A DNA stretch of 64,000 nt, from positions 1,817 through 65,816 of the forward strand of contig JALQUZ010000003.1 in assembly GCA_023263695.1 (NCBI GenBank), in the 5' to 3' direction. The translations under genes and the position numbers were made by a program. How positions within the stretch are numbered: the stretch's first letter is position 1; the number at the start of each line of letters is the position of its first letter. This DNA comes from Ilumatobacteraceae bacterium. GTDB lineage: Bacteria > Actinomycetota > Acidimicrobiia > Acidimicrobiales > Ilumatobacteraceae. Below the pieces are notes generated by a model. It did not search any database. It was not told where the DNA came from and worked only from the letters and a program-made list of their open reading frames with translations. Shown here in pieces: positions 27,540 to 38,187 of this stretch.

Positions 27540-28654
27540 GCGGAAGTCTTGGTCGTCTCTATCGCGGTGAAACCACGTTCAATTTCTTTGGACGCAGATG
27601 GTGGGGCTTTGGTATTTCCATTGCGCTCATGGTCATCACCGTGCTTTCGTTGTTCACCCGTGGTCTAAATCTGGGAATGGACTTCGAAGGGGGAGTGGCA
27701 TGGGAAGTTCCAGCGAAGTCGCTCACCGTTGAAGACGTCAAAACCATTTTGGACGCCAACGGAGCGTCGTCTTCCGATGCAAAAATTCAGGTGCTTAACG
27801 GATCTGATGGAGATCGCATTCGCGCCCAAGTTGGTGCTGAATCGGAATCAGTAAAGACTGCAGTCCAGAACGCACTTGCCGAAAAAGCCGGAGTAAAAAC
27901 CGACGAGGTCAGCGTTGCACTGGTGAGTTCATCCTGGGGCCGCAGTATCACCGAAAAGGCTGCGCGAGCTTTGCTGGTGTTTTTCCTAGTGGTGTCGCTG
28001 TACATCGCATGGCGGTTCGAGTGGAAAATGGCGGTTTCCGCCATTGCCGCAATGGCGCATGACGTATTGATCAGCGTTGGCGTGTATTCGGTGCTCGGAC
28101 TTTCGGTAACCCCAGCAACAGTGATTGCGTTCCTTACTATTTTGGGTTTCTCCTTATACGACACCATCGTGGTGTTCGACAAAGTGCACGACAACACAAA
28201 ACGTTTCTCTGCTTCGCGAGTGTCGTACGGAGACATCACTAACGTTTCCATGAACCAAGTATTGATGCGCTCCATTAACACTTCACTCGCTGCAGTGTTG
28301 CCGGTGCTTTCGTTGCTTGTACTCGGATCATGGATTCTCGGAGCAGTTGCATTGCAGGAGTTTGCTCTTGCGTTGCTTGTCGGATTGATGCTTGGTGCTT
28401 ATTCGTCAATTTATATTGCGACACCATTGCTCGGCATATTGAAAACTCGTGAAACGAAGTTCAAGCCCATGGCGAACGAATTGCATTTAGGCGAAGAGAT
28501 GGCACGCATTGCCAGCTCTGGCAAAAAGCCAAGTCGCATCGTTTCTGCAGAATCTGGAGATTCGACAAGTGCAGAAAGCGCGACTCGCGAAGTTGCTTCA
28601 GTTGCAGCAGCACTGAGTCACCCACCACGGCCGCGCAAAAAACAACGCAGATAA
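27536..28654 (+). CDS. secF: protein translocase subunit SecF
   Basis: GTGA overlap with secD, AAGGAGGTG SD. GMDFEGG motif and six TM segments. Confidence 0.95.
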   Translation: MSGSLGRLYRGETTFNFFGRRWWGFGISIALMVITVLSLFTRGLNLGMDFEGGVAWEVPAKSLTVEDVKTILDANGASSSDAKIQVLNGSDGDRIRAQVGAESESVKTAVQNALAEKAGVKTDEVSVALVSSSWGRSITEKAARALLVFFLVVSLYIAWRFEWKMAVSAIAAMAHDVLISVGVYSVLGLSVTPATVIAFLTILGFSLYDTIVVFDKVHDNTKRFSASRVSYGDITNVSMNQVLMRSINTSLAAVLPVLSLLVLGSWILGAVALQEFALALLVGLMLGAYSSIYIATPLLGILKTRETKFKPMANELHLGEEMARIASSGKKPSRIVSAESGDSTSAESATREVASVAAALSHPPRPRKKQRR

Positions 28655-28666
28655 GGATCGCTCCCC

Positions 28667-30898
28667 ATGAGCACGACGTCGCGAGTTCTTCCATGGCGAA
28701 GGAATCACTCTGCGGTTGTCGAAGATCTCGTTCCGTTGTTGTCGGCATACAAGCGACGTAACCCAAAGGGCAATGTTTCACTGATCAATGCCGCCTATGA
28801 AATGGCGAGCGCAGCGCATAGTCATCAATCCCGCATGAGCGGCGAGTTGTATATCAGTCACCCAATTGCGGTTGCTCGAATTGTTGCTGAAATTGGACTC
28901 GATGAAGTTTCACTTGTTGCTGCTCTATTGCACGATGCTGTTGAAGATACGGAAATTACGCTTGCCGATGTTGAGGCACGTTTTGGGGCAGAGGTTGCTG
29001 GCATTGTTGACGGTCTTACCAAACTTGAACGACTGCAGTTCGATTCACGTGAAGCTCAGCAGGCAGCCACGATGCGCAAAATGTTGGTGGCAATGGCCAA
29101 GGACATGCGTGTACTCATCATCAAACTGTCCGATCGCATGCACAACATGCGCACCATTGCGTCTGCTCCGGTTGACAAGCAACGTCGCATAGCGCAGGAG
29201 ACTCTCGACATTTACGCTCCACTTGCACACCGATTGGGCATGCAGGAAATGAAGCAGCAGTTAGAGGATTTGTCGTTTGCTGCCTTGTTCCCAAAGCGAT
29301 ATGCCGAGCTCGACTATTTGGTTTCTATTCGCGCACCTGAGCGTGATGTGTATTTGGCTAAGGCCTTAGGCCAGGTGAACTCCTGGCTCTCTGCAGTGAA
29401 TATCAACGCAGAACTCACCGCGCGCGGCAAGCACCTGTGGAGTTTGTACGAAAAGATGGTGCAGAAGGGAAGAGACTTCGACGAAATCTTCGACCTCATG
29501 GCCATTCGCATCGTCGTTGATTCGGTAAAAGATTGCTATGGAGCGCTTGGCGCAATTCACGGCAAATGGAAACCTGTGGTTGGTCGCTTCAAGGACTACA
29601 TCGCCATGCCGAAGTTCAATTTGTATCAGTCGCTGCACACGACGGTGATTGGTCCTGGCGGAAAACCGATCGAAGTTCAGATTCGCTCACGCGACATGCA
29701 CCAACGTGCCGAGTGGGGCGTGGCTTCGCACTGGTCGTATAAAGACGGAGTTGCGAGCACCGATATTGACTGGCTCAATCGCATTATCGATTGGCAGGAC
29801 GAGGTTTCGGACCCACGGCAATTCTTGGAGAGTTTGAAGACCGACCTTGAACAAGATGAATTGTTCGTCTTCACACCTAAGGGCCGTGTAATAGCGCTTC
29901 CGCTTGATGCAACGCCAATCGATTTTGCATATGGCGTGCACACCGAAGTTGGGCACACGTGTATTGGCGCTCGCGTGAACGGCCGACTTGTTGCATTGGA
30001 CTCGCGCTTGAATTCTGGCGACACCTGCGAAATTCTCACGTCAACTGCAGAGGATGCAGCTCCATCTGAAGAGTGGGCAAATTTCGTGGTCTCGCCAAAA
30101 GCAAAGAGCAAAATCAAGCAGTGGTTCTCTCGTGAACGCATGGAAGACCTTGTTGATACCGGTCGCGATGATCTCGTCGAGCATATGCGCAAACACGGAT
30201 TACCCGTACAGCGAGTGTTGTCGTCAGAGGTTTTTGCGCAAGAACGAGAAGCGATGAACTATGCAGATGACGCGACCCTGTTCCGAGCAATCGGTGAAGG
30301 CCATGTCTCGGCAGAATCGTTGGCAGGTCGCATCAGTCGTCTGATGCGCGACGGCGGTTTCGGTGAGCAACTCTCTGTGGGTATGCGCCTCGATGCGGGG
30401 AACACCACCGAGCAGATTTCGGGTGTACATGTAGAGGGAATGTCGGGCACCATTGTCCGACTGTCCAAGTGCTGCACGCCAGTACCGGGGGACGAAATTA
30501 TTGGTTTCCTCACTACAGATCTAGTGGTCAACGTTCATCGATCTGACTGTTCGAACGCCATTTCAGCAGCAAGTCAGAACACGGGCCGAATGGTGGACGT
30601 GGAGTGGGCAGGGAGCGTTCACAATGCAACCTATGTTGCGGCAGTAGAAGTAGTGGCAATCGATCGATCGCGCCTGCTTCGTGACGTGGCGAATGCTCTC
30701 AGCGAAGAGCATGTCAACATCGTTTCGTGTTCTACACACACAGGGGCTGACAGAGTGGCTCGCATGCGCTTTGAATTTGAATTTGCAGACCCAAGTCATT
30801 TGCAGTCGGTGCTGCGCACTATTAAGCGCATCGACTCGGTGTATGACGCGTACCGTGTCATGGCAGGGGATCATCCAGCGTCTAATGTTCTCGCGTGA
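28667..30898 (+). CDS. relA: bifunctional (p)ppGpp synthetase/hydrolase RelA/SpoT
   Basis: HD hydrolase (HPIAVA...LHDAVEDT), synthetase (YIAMPKFNLYQSLHTTV), TGS and ACT domains. 743 aa. Confidence 0.95.
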   Translation: MSTTSRVLPWRRNHSAVVEDLVPLLSAYKRRNPKGNVSLINAAYEMASAAHSHQSRMSGELYISHPIAVARIVAEIGLDEVSLVAALLHDAVEDTEITLADVEARFGAEVAGIVDGLTKLERLQFDSREAQQAATMRKMLVAMAKDMRVLIIKLSDRMHNMRTIASAPVDKQRRIAQETLDIYAPLAHRLGMQEMKQQLEDLSFAALFPKRYAELDYLVSIRAPERDVYLAKALGQVNSWLSAVNINAELTARGKHLWSLYEKMVQKGRDFDEIFDLMAIRIVVDSVKDCYGALGAIHGKWKPVVGRFKDYIAMPKFNLYQSLHTTVIGPGGKPIEVQIRSRDMHQRAEWGVASHWSYKDGVASTDIDWLNRIIDWQDEVSDPRQFLESLKTDLEQDELFVFTPKGRVIALPLDATPIDFAYGVHTEVGHTCIGARVNGRLVALDSRLNSGDTCEILTSTAEDAAPSEEWANFVVSPKAKSKIKQWFSRERMEDLVDTGRDDLVEHMRKHGLPVQRVLSSEVFAQEREAMNYADDATLFRAIGEGHVSAESLAGRISRLMRDGGFGEQLSVGMRLDAGNTTEQISGVHVEGMSGTIVRLSKCCTPVPGDEIIGFLTTDLVVNVHRSDCSNAISAASQNTGRMVDVEWAGSVHNATYVAAVEVVAIDRSRLLRDVANALSEEHVNIVSCSTHTGADRVARMRFEFEFADPSHLQSVLRTIKRIDSVYDAYRVMAGDHPASNVLA

Positions 30899-32163
30899 GT
30901 TCATTTTCTACTAGCCCCGGAACACGGGACATTTTGACTCCCGATGCAGCCCGCTGGCGCAAGTTTCAGGATGTTTTTGCAAGTGTGGTGGAAGAGGCTG
31001 GGTACGGACTGATCATTCCGCCAATTTTTGAAGACCTCGGTGTCTTCTTACGCCTTGGCGAAGCAACCGACGTCGTCACCAAAGAAATGTATGACTTTGA
31101 AGATAAAGGCGGTCGGCGAGTTGCATTGCGCCCAGAGCAGACGGCGAGCGTATGTCGAGCCTTCGTTCAACACCGTCCAACTACACCATGGAAAGTCTGG
31201 TACGCGGGTCCAAACTTTCGTTATGAAAAACCTCAACAAGGTCGCTATCGACAATTTGATCAAGTTGGACTTGAAGTTCTTGGCGTAGAAGATCCATATC
31301 TCGATGCCGAAGTCATTGCGCTTGCAGCACAGTTCTACGCCAGGCTTGGATTGAAGGAAGTGCAGTTGTCGGTGAACTCCCTTGGAGATGCAGGAGATCG
31401 TCAACGATTTACTGACGTGTTGCGCGCGTACTTCGAATCACACCTTGGCGAGTTGTCCGAAGATTCACAGGTCACACTCACGAAGAATCCATTGCGCGTG
31501 CTCGATTCAAAGCGTCGCGAAGACCAAGCAATTATCGCAAACGCACCTCGCATTCGCGATTATCTCAGCCCAACCGCAGCAGAGCATTTTGCCGCAGTGC
31601 TTGCTGCGTTAGATGCAATGAATATTCAATACGTCATCGACGATCGGTTGGTTCGCGGGCTTGACTATTACCGTCGAACCACATTCGAGTTTGTAAGCAC
31701 TGCATTGCAGGCTGCTCACACGGCAATTGGCGGTGGCGGAAGATACGACGGGCTAGTGGAAGAACTTGGCGGACCAGCCACAGCCGGAATTGGTTTTGCC
31801 CTTGGTCTTGACAGAACGCTGTTGGCTTGCGATGCAGAAAACGTGTTTCCCGCCCCCAACACCGATGTTTTTGCATTCGTTGTTGACACAACAGGTGGCT
31901 ACGAGGCGGCATTGGTGTGCAACCAATTGCGCATGGCTCGCATCGGCACCGATCGAGCGTTCGACAATCGAAGTATGAAGGCACAAATGAAAGCCGCAGA
32001 TCGAAGTGGTGCGCAAGTCGCCATCATCATTGGGTCCAACGAATTGGAAGCCGGCCAAGCCGTTATCAGACCAATGAATTCGGGCGAGCAATACAGCGTG
32101 AATCGCGCCGATTTGCTTGCAGCAATTCAAAATGAAGTCAGCAAATTTCAATCTGCAAACTAG
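30895..32163 (+). CDS. hisS: histidine--tRNA ligase
   Basis: LRPEQTASVCRAF and GGGGRYDGL. GTGA overlap with relA. Confidence 0.95.
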   Translation: MSSFSTSPGTRDILTPDAARWRKFQDVFASVVEEAGYGLIIPPIFEDLGVFLRLGEATDVVTKEMYDFEDKGGRRVALRPEQTASVCRAFVQHRPTTPWKVWYAGPNFRYEKPQQGRYRQFDQVGLEVLGVEDPYLDAEVIALAAQFYARLGLKEVQLSVNSLGDAGDRQRFTDVLRAYFESHLGELSEDSQVTLTKNPLRVLDSKRREDQAIIANAPRIRDYLSPTAAEHFAAVLAALDAMNIQYVIDDRLVRGLDYYRRTTFEFVSTALQAAHTAIGGGGRYDGLVEELGGPATAGIGFALGLDRTLLACDAENVFPAPNTDVFAFVVDTTGGYEAALVCNQLRMARIGTDRAFDNRSMKAQMKAADRSGAQVAIIIGSNELEAGQAVIRPMNSGEQYSVNRADLLAAIQNEVSKFQSAN

Positions 32164-32175
32164 GCTGAAAGCCTC

Positions 32176-33963
32176 ATGTCGTCTCCATTGCAGCCTTTAG
32201 GCGAATCAACCTCACTTCGAACTCATCTGTGTGGCGGCCTTCGAGCCGAACACATTGGCAGCACTGTCACCGTGTGTGGCTGGATTGCACGCCGCCGCGA
32301 GCACGGCGAGCACCTCGCTTTCCTCGACGTTCGCGATTACAGCGGAGTAGTGCAGTGCGTTATCGACAACGAAACTGATGTTCGGTCTGAATGGGTTGTG
32401 CAAATCACCGGTCGAGTTCAGTCTCGTCCAGACGGCACCGTGAACACGAACTTGGCAACGGGTGAAGTTGAACTCACCGACTGCAAAGTCGTGGTATTGA
32501 ACTCGGCAGAAGCGCCTCCGTTTCCGATCGATGCACGTGCCGACGATGTAGATGAAAACGTTCGCTTGAAGTATCGCTATCTCGACATTCGCCGTGAGCG
32601 CATGCAACGCAACCTGCGTATTCGCGCCAAGGTCAACTCGGCAATTCGTCGTGCCATGGAGTCACAGAGTTTTGTTGAGGTAGAAACTCCATTCCTCATG
32701 CCGAGCACGCCTGAAGGTGCTCGCGAATTTTTGGTTCCTTCGCGTAAAGAACCTGGTTCGTTCTATGCGCTGCCGCAGTCACCGCAGTTGTGGAAGCAGT
32801 TGCTCATGGTTGCTGGTATCGATCGGTATTACCAAATTGCACGTTGCTTGCGCGATGAAGACTTGCGCGCTGATCGTCAATACGAATTCATGCAGCTTGA
32901 CGCTGAAATGAGTTTCGTTACCAAGGACGATGTGCTTGGCGCTATCAGTGAAGCCGTAATGGCTGCGGCTGAAGCTGTGTTGGGCGAGCGCCCACCGCAG
33001 ATCGAGCAGATCACGTGGCTTGATGCAATGAATCGTTTCGGTCTCGATAAACCCGACATGCGTTTTGGCATGGAACTTGTCGAGCTCACCAGCGTGTTTG
33101 CAGGTACTGAGTTCAAAGCATTTGCCCAAGCCGAATCCATTAAGGGAATTCGCGTGGATGCCGCAACATATCCAGATGCCGCTGCGTATGGCCGAAACAA
33201 GCTTGATGCACTCACCGATCGCGCAAAGCAGATAGGCGCAAAGGGCTTGGTGTGGATGAAGGTGGTTGAAGGTCTTGCGCTCGATTCACCAGTTGCCAAA
33301 TTCTTGTCGGACGCGGAGCGCACCGCACTTGTTGGCGCAATGGGCGCACAACCCGGAGACCTTTTGCTGTTGGTTGCCGACACGTGGTCAACAACGTGCG
33401 ATGTTCTTGGCACGCTGCGTAATGACATTGGACGTCCTCCTGTACACGAAGGCCCGTATCGCTACGTGTGGGTGATCGACTTCCCATTGTTTGTAGGCAT
33501 TAACGCCACAACAGGCAAACCACAGCCGGGCCACCACCCGTTCTGCCAGCCGCACCCCGAAGACATTGAACGATTGGAATCAGATCCAATGTCGGTGCGC
33601 GCACTTGCATACGACTTGGTGCTGAACGGTTGGGAATTGGGCTCTGGTTCAATTCGAATTCATGATCCTGAAATGCAGCGTCGGGTGTTCCGTCAGTTGG
33701 GCATTTCGGATGAAGATGCCGATCGTCGCTTTGGGTTTTTCTTGCAGCCGTTTAAGTACGGCGCACCGCCACACGGTGGTTTCGCTTTTGGCACCGATCG
33801 CTTGGTTGCCATTCTTGCTGGCGAAGAAAACATTCGCGAAGTGATTGCGTTCCCGAAGACTCAATCGGGTAGCGATCCAATGACGAATGCTCCTACGCCT
33901 GTTAACCCTGCTCAGTTGGCAGAGTTAGGCATTCGACTACTTCCTCCACCGGCGAAGAGTTAG
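32176..33963 (+). CDS. aspS: aspartate--tRNA ligase
   Basis: OB-fold N-terminus, QSPQLWKQLLM, FYQIARCLRDEDLRADRQ and GSGSIRIHD. Confidence 0.97.
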   Translation: MSSPLQPLGESTSLRTHLCGGLRAEHIGSTVTVCGWIARRREHGEHLAFLDVRDYSGVVQCVIDNETDVRSEWVVQITGRVQSRPDGTVNTNLATGEVELTDCKVVVLNSAEAPPFPIDARADDVDENVRLKYRYLDIRRERMQRNLRIRAKVNSAIRRAMESQSFVEVETPFLMPSTPEGAREFLVPSRKEPGSFYALPQSPQLWKQLLMVAGIDRYYQIARCLRDEDLRADRQYEFMQLDAEMSFVTKDDVLGAISEAVMAAAEAVLGERPPQIEQITWLDAMNRFGLDKPDMRFGMELVELTSVFAGTEFKAFAQAESIKGIRVDAATYPDAAAYGRNKLDALTDRAKQIGAKGLVWMKVVEGLALDSPVAKFLSDAERTALVGAMGAQPGDLLLLVADTWSTTCDVLGTLRNDIGRPPVHEGPYRYVWVIDFPLFVGINATTGKPQPGHHPFCQPHPEDIERLESDPMSVRALAYDLVLNGWELGSGSIRIHDPEMQRRVFRQLGISDEDADRRFGFFLQPFKYGAPPHGGFAFGTDRLVAILAGEENIREVIAFPKTQSGSDPMTNAPTPVNPAQLAELGIRLLPPPAKS

Positions 33964-33974
33964 GGTCGCATTCG

Positions 33975-35243
33975 GTGGGTAACGCCGAAGATCTTTTTAC
34001 TGCAGCGGTGAATGATCGCTTGCGTGGTCAAGCTCCGCTTGCTGCGCGCTTACGACCGAAGAGTCTCGACGAAATTGTTGGACAGCAGCACTTGGTTGCA
34101 TCTGGTGCGCCACTGCGCAAACTGATTGAAGCGGATCGCTTGTCGTCGGTCATTTTGTGGGGGCCGCCAGGAACGGGGAAGACCACGCTTGCCGAAGTGG
34201 TGGCACTGACAACCAATCGTGCCTTTGAACGACTTTCTGCAGTGACATCAGGCGTAAAAGATGTTCGTGAGGCAATTGAGCGTGCAACTGAACGACTTGG
34301 CCAACATGGCAAAGCAACCATTGTGTTCGTAGATGAAATCCATCGATTCTCTACATCACAACAAGATGCTCTACTGCCGTCGGTTGAAAGTGGAATTATC
34401 ACGCTGATCGGTGCGACAACGGAGAATCCATATTTCGAAGTAAATGCACCATTGCGCAGTCGTAGCACTTTGTTTCGTCTTGAGCCATTGCAGGCGCAAG
34501 ACATTCGCGTGCTCTTGGAGCGTGGGCTCGAAGCTGAAGCATTGAGTGCAACTGATGAAGCGATATCCAAACTGATGCAATTGTCTGGTGGAGATGGACG
34601 GCAAAGTTTGACTGCACTCGAAGTTGCCTGTGCACTAGCGCGACCGCACGAGGTGACTCTGGATCATGTGGAAGCCGCGCTTGGCGTGAGTTCGTTGCGT
34701 TACGGACGCGATGATCATTACGACGTCGTCTCTGCGTTCATCAAGAGCATGCGCGGTAGCGATGTTGACGCTGCCGTTTTTTGGCTTGCGCGAATGCTTG
34801 AAGCTGGTGATGACCCTCGGTTCATTGCTCGCCGGATGATTATTTTCGCATCTGAAGACATAGGCGTCGCCGATTCACAGGCTTTAGTAGTTGCAGTTTC
34901 AGCGGCCCATGCCGTAGATCATGTTGGCCTGCCGGAAGCACAGCTCAACCTTTCACAGTGCGCAATTTATTTAGCTCGTGCTCCGAAGAGCAATAGTTCT
35001 GCGCAGGCCATATGGAATGCCAGGGCCGACATTCGTAACGGTGTAGATGTAGAAGTTCCAGCACACCTTCGAGATGCTCACTACGCGGGTGCTCAAGAAA
35101 TTGGCCATGGAGTGGGGTACCAATCGCCTCATAATGCTCAATTGCAGGACGAAAAGGTGGAACAGGACTATTTACCTGCGCAAACTACAGGGCGGGCTGT
35201 TCCACAGATTCCGTACTATCGGCCGTCAAACAACGACCGCTAG
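33975..35243 (+). CDS. rarA: replication-associated recombination protein A (RarA/MgsA)
   Basis: GPPGTGKTTLA, FVDEIHRF and C-terminal MgsA domain. GTG start. Confidence 0.93.
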   Translation: MGNAEDLFTAAVNDRLRGQAPLAARLRPKSLDEIVGQQHLVASGAPLRKLIEADRLSSVILWGPPGTGKTTLAEVVALTTNRAFERLSAVTSGVKDVREAIERATERLGQHGKATIVFVDEIHRFSTSQQDALLPSVESGIITLIGATTENPYFEVNAPLRSRSTLFRLEPLQAQDIRVLLERGLEAEALSATDEAISKLMQLSGGDGRQSLTALEVACALARPHEVTLDHVEAALGVSSLRYGRDDHYDVVSAFIKSMRGSDVDAAVFWLARMLEAGDDPRFIARRMIIFASEDIGVADSQALVVAVSAAHAVDHVGLPEAQLNLSQCAIYLARAPKSNSSAQAIWNARADIRNGVDVEVPAHLRDAHYAGAQEIGHGVGYQSPHNAQLQDEKVEQDYLPAQTTGRAVPQIPYYRPSNNDR

Positions 35244-35276
35244 GGCAAAGCCCATTGGCGTCGGAGGGTTATCACA

Positions 35277-35522
35277 ATGATGAAGAGACTGTTTTGGTTT
35301 GTACTCGGCGCATTCGCCGGAGTATTCGGTGTTCGCTATGCGAAGAACAAAGCGCGTGAAGCGGCAGAACAATTAACGCCTGGTCAGATTGCAGCCGATG
35401 TTCTTGAAGGTGCTGTAAAACTGGCGCAACAGGGCATGGAAATTGTGCGAAATTTGCGAAAGGACGAAGAAGTCATTCATTTCGAGTCCGAATCGGTAAC
35501 GGTCACACAAAATCAGAATTAG
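35277..35522 (+). CDS. hypothetical small membrane-anchored protein (81 aa)
   Basis: N-terminal TM helix (LFWFVLGAFAGVFGV) followed by a charged helical tail. No family recognised. Confidence 0.45.
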   Translation: MMKRLFWFVLGAFAGVFGVRYAKNKAREAAEQLTPGQIAADVLEGAVKLAQQGMEIVRNLRKDEEVIHFESESVTVTQNQN

Positions 35523-35555
35523 CCAGTACGTGTTGCCGAACTAGACTGTTGGTAA

Positions 35556-38186
35556 ATGTCTACTTCGCGGCCCCCAATTTCCACTGCAAATGATCTGCGA
35601 GAGTCTTTCTCTGGATACTTTGCTGACAAGGGGCATACGCGAGTTAAGTCTGCGAGTCTTATTCCACATGACCCAACCGTGTTGTTCACCGTTGCGGGAA
35701 TGGTTCCGTTTAAACCATATTTCGTAGGTGACGAACAAGCGCCGTATAGCCGTGCGGTAACCGTTCAGAAATGTGCGCGTGCAGGTGGCAAGCACAACGA
35801 CTTAGACGACGTTGGCCGCACGAAGCGCCACTTGGTGTTCTTCGAAATGATGGGCAACTTTTCATTTGGTGATTACTTCAAGAGCGACGCCATTCCATGG
35901 TCGTGGGAGTTAGTCACAGAAGTATTTGGTTTTGATGGCGATCGTTTGTGGATCACCGTTCATGAAAGTGATGACGAGGCAGAGGCCATTTGGCACGAAG
36001 AAGTTGGCGTGCCGATGGATCGCATTCAACGCCTTGGCGACAAAGACAACTTTTGGCAAATGGGCGAGACGGGCCCGTGTGGTCCATGCTCGGAAATTCA
36101 CATCGATCGCGGACCATCCTTCGGACCAGAAGGTGGACCGTTGCACGATCCGCATGGCGATCGCTTTCTTGAGTTTTGGAACTTGGTGTTCATGCAGTTC
36201 AACCAAGCAAAAGATGGAACGCGTACGCCACTCCCTAAACCTTCAATCGATACGGGTGCAGGACTTGAGCGAATCCTTGCATTGATGCAAGGAACAGACT
36301 CTGTTTGGGAAACCGATGTGTTGTTTCCGCTCATTGAGCAAGGACAGTCGCTAACAAGTCGCAAGTATCAAATTGGCAACTACGAAGACCGTGACAGTTT
36401 TAGTTTGCGAGTGCTTGCTGAACATGCGCGCTCGGCAACGATGCTCATTAACGATGGCGTTTTCCCATCCAATGAAAATCGCGGGTACGTATTGCGTCGC
36501 ATCATTCGTCGCGCCGTTCGCCACGCATATTTGTTGGGCACCGAAAAGTTGGTCATGCCGAAACTCTCCGAGACCGCAATCGACATCATGTCGGCTGCAT
36601 ATCCAGACCTGTTGGGCAACAAGGACTTCATTCTTGGTGTGATGACGAAGGAAGAAGAGCGTTTCCGTCAAACCTTGAAGACTGGTCTCACCATTTTGGA
36701 AGATGAATTGTCTAGTGGTTCGCAAGAACTGGCCGGCCCTTCGGCATTCTTATTACACGACACCTATGGCTTTCCACTCGAGCTCACTCAAGAAATCGCA
36801 GGAGAGCGAAACGTTCGTGTAGATGTGGCTGGCTTCGAACAGGAAATGGGCGCCCAGCGCGATCGGGCAAAGAGCGCTCGCAAGGGAGCAAAGGTTGGCG
36901 AGGCGACCATTGAGGCCTATCGCCACGTCATGGAGACTCATGGCATTACCGAATTTGTTGGGTACGAAGAAACCTCGTGTGAAGCAAACGTCCTTGCCGT
37001 GATTCCGGTGCAAGATGGCGAGCAGGAAGATGTCGACGTGTTCCTCGACATCACTCCGTTCTATGCCGAAAGCGGTGGTCAAGTAGGAGACGTTGGCACC
37101 ATCACCACGTCTACAGGCGAAATTGAAGTGCTTGACACGATGTTTGCACTACCGGGATTGCGCAAACATATTGGCAAGATCGTTCGCGGATCCGTGACAG
37201 CAGGGCAAAGCGCTCGTGTATCAATCAATGTCGCGGACCGTGATGCAACTCGTCGCAATCACACGGCAACCCACATTTTGCACTGGGCATTGCGCGAAGT
37301 ACTTGGCGAGCATGTGAAGCAGGCAGGATCATTGGTTTCACCGGAGCGCTTGCGCTTCGACTTCAGTCACTATGCAGCGGTGACTGCAGAAGAAATCGAA
37401 CGCATTGAGCGACTGGCTAACGAGCAGGTGTTTGCTAACTCGGCTACCAAGAATTACGAGACATCAAAAGACGAAGCAACGGCAGCTGGAGCAATCGCAT
37501 TTTTCGGAGACAAGTATGGCGACACCGTACGTGTTCTAGTAGCCGGGAAGACTTTTGAGTTGTGCGGAGGAACGCACGTGAAAGCAACCGGTGACATTGG
37601 AATTATCAAGGTAGTTTCGGAATCGTCAATTGGTTCTAACTTGCGACGCATCGAAGCCGTTACGGGTGAGAACACGTTTAACTATTTGCTCGAAACCACG
37701 CGCACATTGTCTAACGCCGCCGAACTACTCGGTACGCAGCCAAGCGACATCATGTCTACGGTGCAGCGCAAATTAGACGAAGTGAAGTCGTTGTCAGAAG
37801 AGATTAAGCAGCTACGTTCAGCACAAGCCAGGTCGCGCGCAGGAGAACTGGTGGCTCAAGCTTCTAACGGTCAGGTTGTTGCTCGTGTGGATGGCATTAC
37901 ACCTAACGACTTGCGCGAACTTGCACTTGCCATTCGTCAAAGTTCAACAGTTCAAGCTGTTGTACTAGGCGGAGTCACCGACACCGGTGGTGTTGCATTA
38001 GTAGCAGCTGTTGGAAACGGACTTGATATTGCCGCAGGTGAACTGATTAAAGATGCAGCCAAGGCAGTTGGCGGCGGCGGTGGTGGCAAGGGTGATATCG
38101 CCACTGCAGGTGGCAAGAATCCGGCAGCACTCGATGAGGCTCTGAATTTGGCACGCGCTGCCTTGGGCAGGGTGTCTGGTTCATAA
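35556..38186 (+). CDS. alaS: alanine--tRNA ligase
   Basis: KHNDLDDVGRTKRHLVFFEMMGNFSFGDYFK, editing HTATHILH, C-terminal GGGGGKGD. Confidence 0.97.
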   Translation: MSTSRPPISTANDLRESFSGYFADKGHTRVKSASLIPHDPTVLFTVAGMVPFKPYFVGDEQAPYSRAVTVQKCARAGGKHNDLDDVGRTKRHLVFFEMMGNFSFGDYFKSDAIPWSWELVTEVFGFDGDRLWITVHESDDEAEAIWHEEVGVPMDRIQRLGDKDNFWQMGETGPCGPCSEIHIDRGPSFGPEGGPLHDPHGDRFLEFWNLVFMQFNQAKDGTRTPLPKPSIDTGAGLERILALMQGTDSVWETDVLFPLIEQGQSLTSRKYQIGNYEDRDSFSLRVLAEHARSATMLINDGVFPSNENRGYVLRRIIRRAVRHAYLLGTEKLVMPKLSETAIDIMSAAYPDLLGNKDFILGVMTKEEERFRQTLKTGLTILEDELSSGSQELAGPSAFLLHDTYGFPLELTQEIAGERNVRVDVAGFEQEMGAQRDRAKSARKGAKVGEATIEAYRHVMETHGITEFVGYEETSCEANVLAVIPVQDGEQEDVDVFLDITPFYAESGGQVGDVGTITTSTGEIEVLDTMFALPGLRKHIGKIVRGSVTAGQSARVSINVADRDATRRNHTATHILHWALREVLGEHVKQAGSLVSPERLRFDFSHYAAVTAEEIERIERLANEQVFANSATKNYETSKDEATAAGAIAFFGDKYGDTVRVLVAGKTFELCGGTHVKATGDIGIIKVVSESSIGSNLRRIEAVTGENTFNYLLETTRTLSNAAELLGTQPSDIMSTVQRKLDEVKSLSEEIKQLRSAQARSRAGELVAQASNGQVVARVDGITPNDLRELALAIRQSSTVQAVVLGGVTDTGGVALVAAVGNGLDIAAGELIKDAAKAVGGGGGGKGDIATAGGKNPAALDEALNLARAALGRVSGS

Positions 38187-38187
38187 C

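Noticed and set aside
38071-38095. G-rich run GGCGGCGGCGGTGGTGGCAAGGGTG (possible G-quadruplex or repeat).
   Set aside because: It encodes the conserved GGGGGKGD motif of the AlaS C-terminal DHHA1-like domain, so coding constraint explains it.
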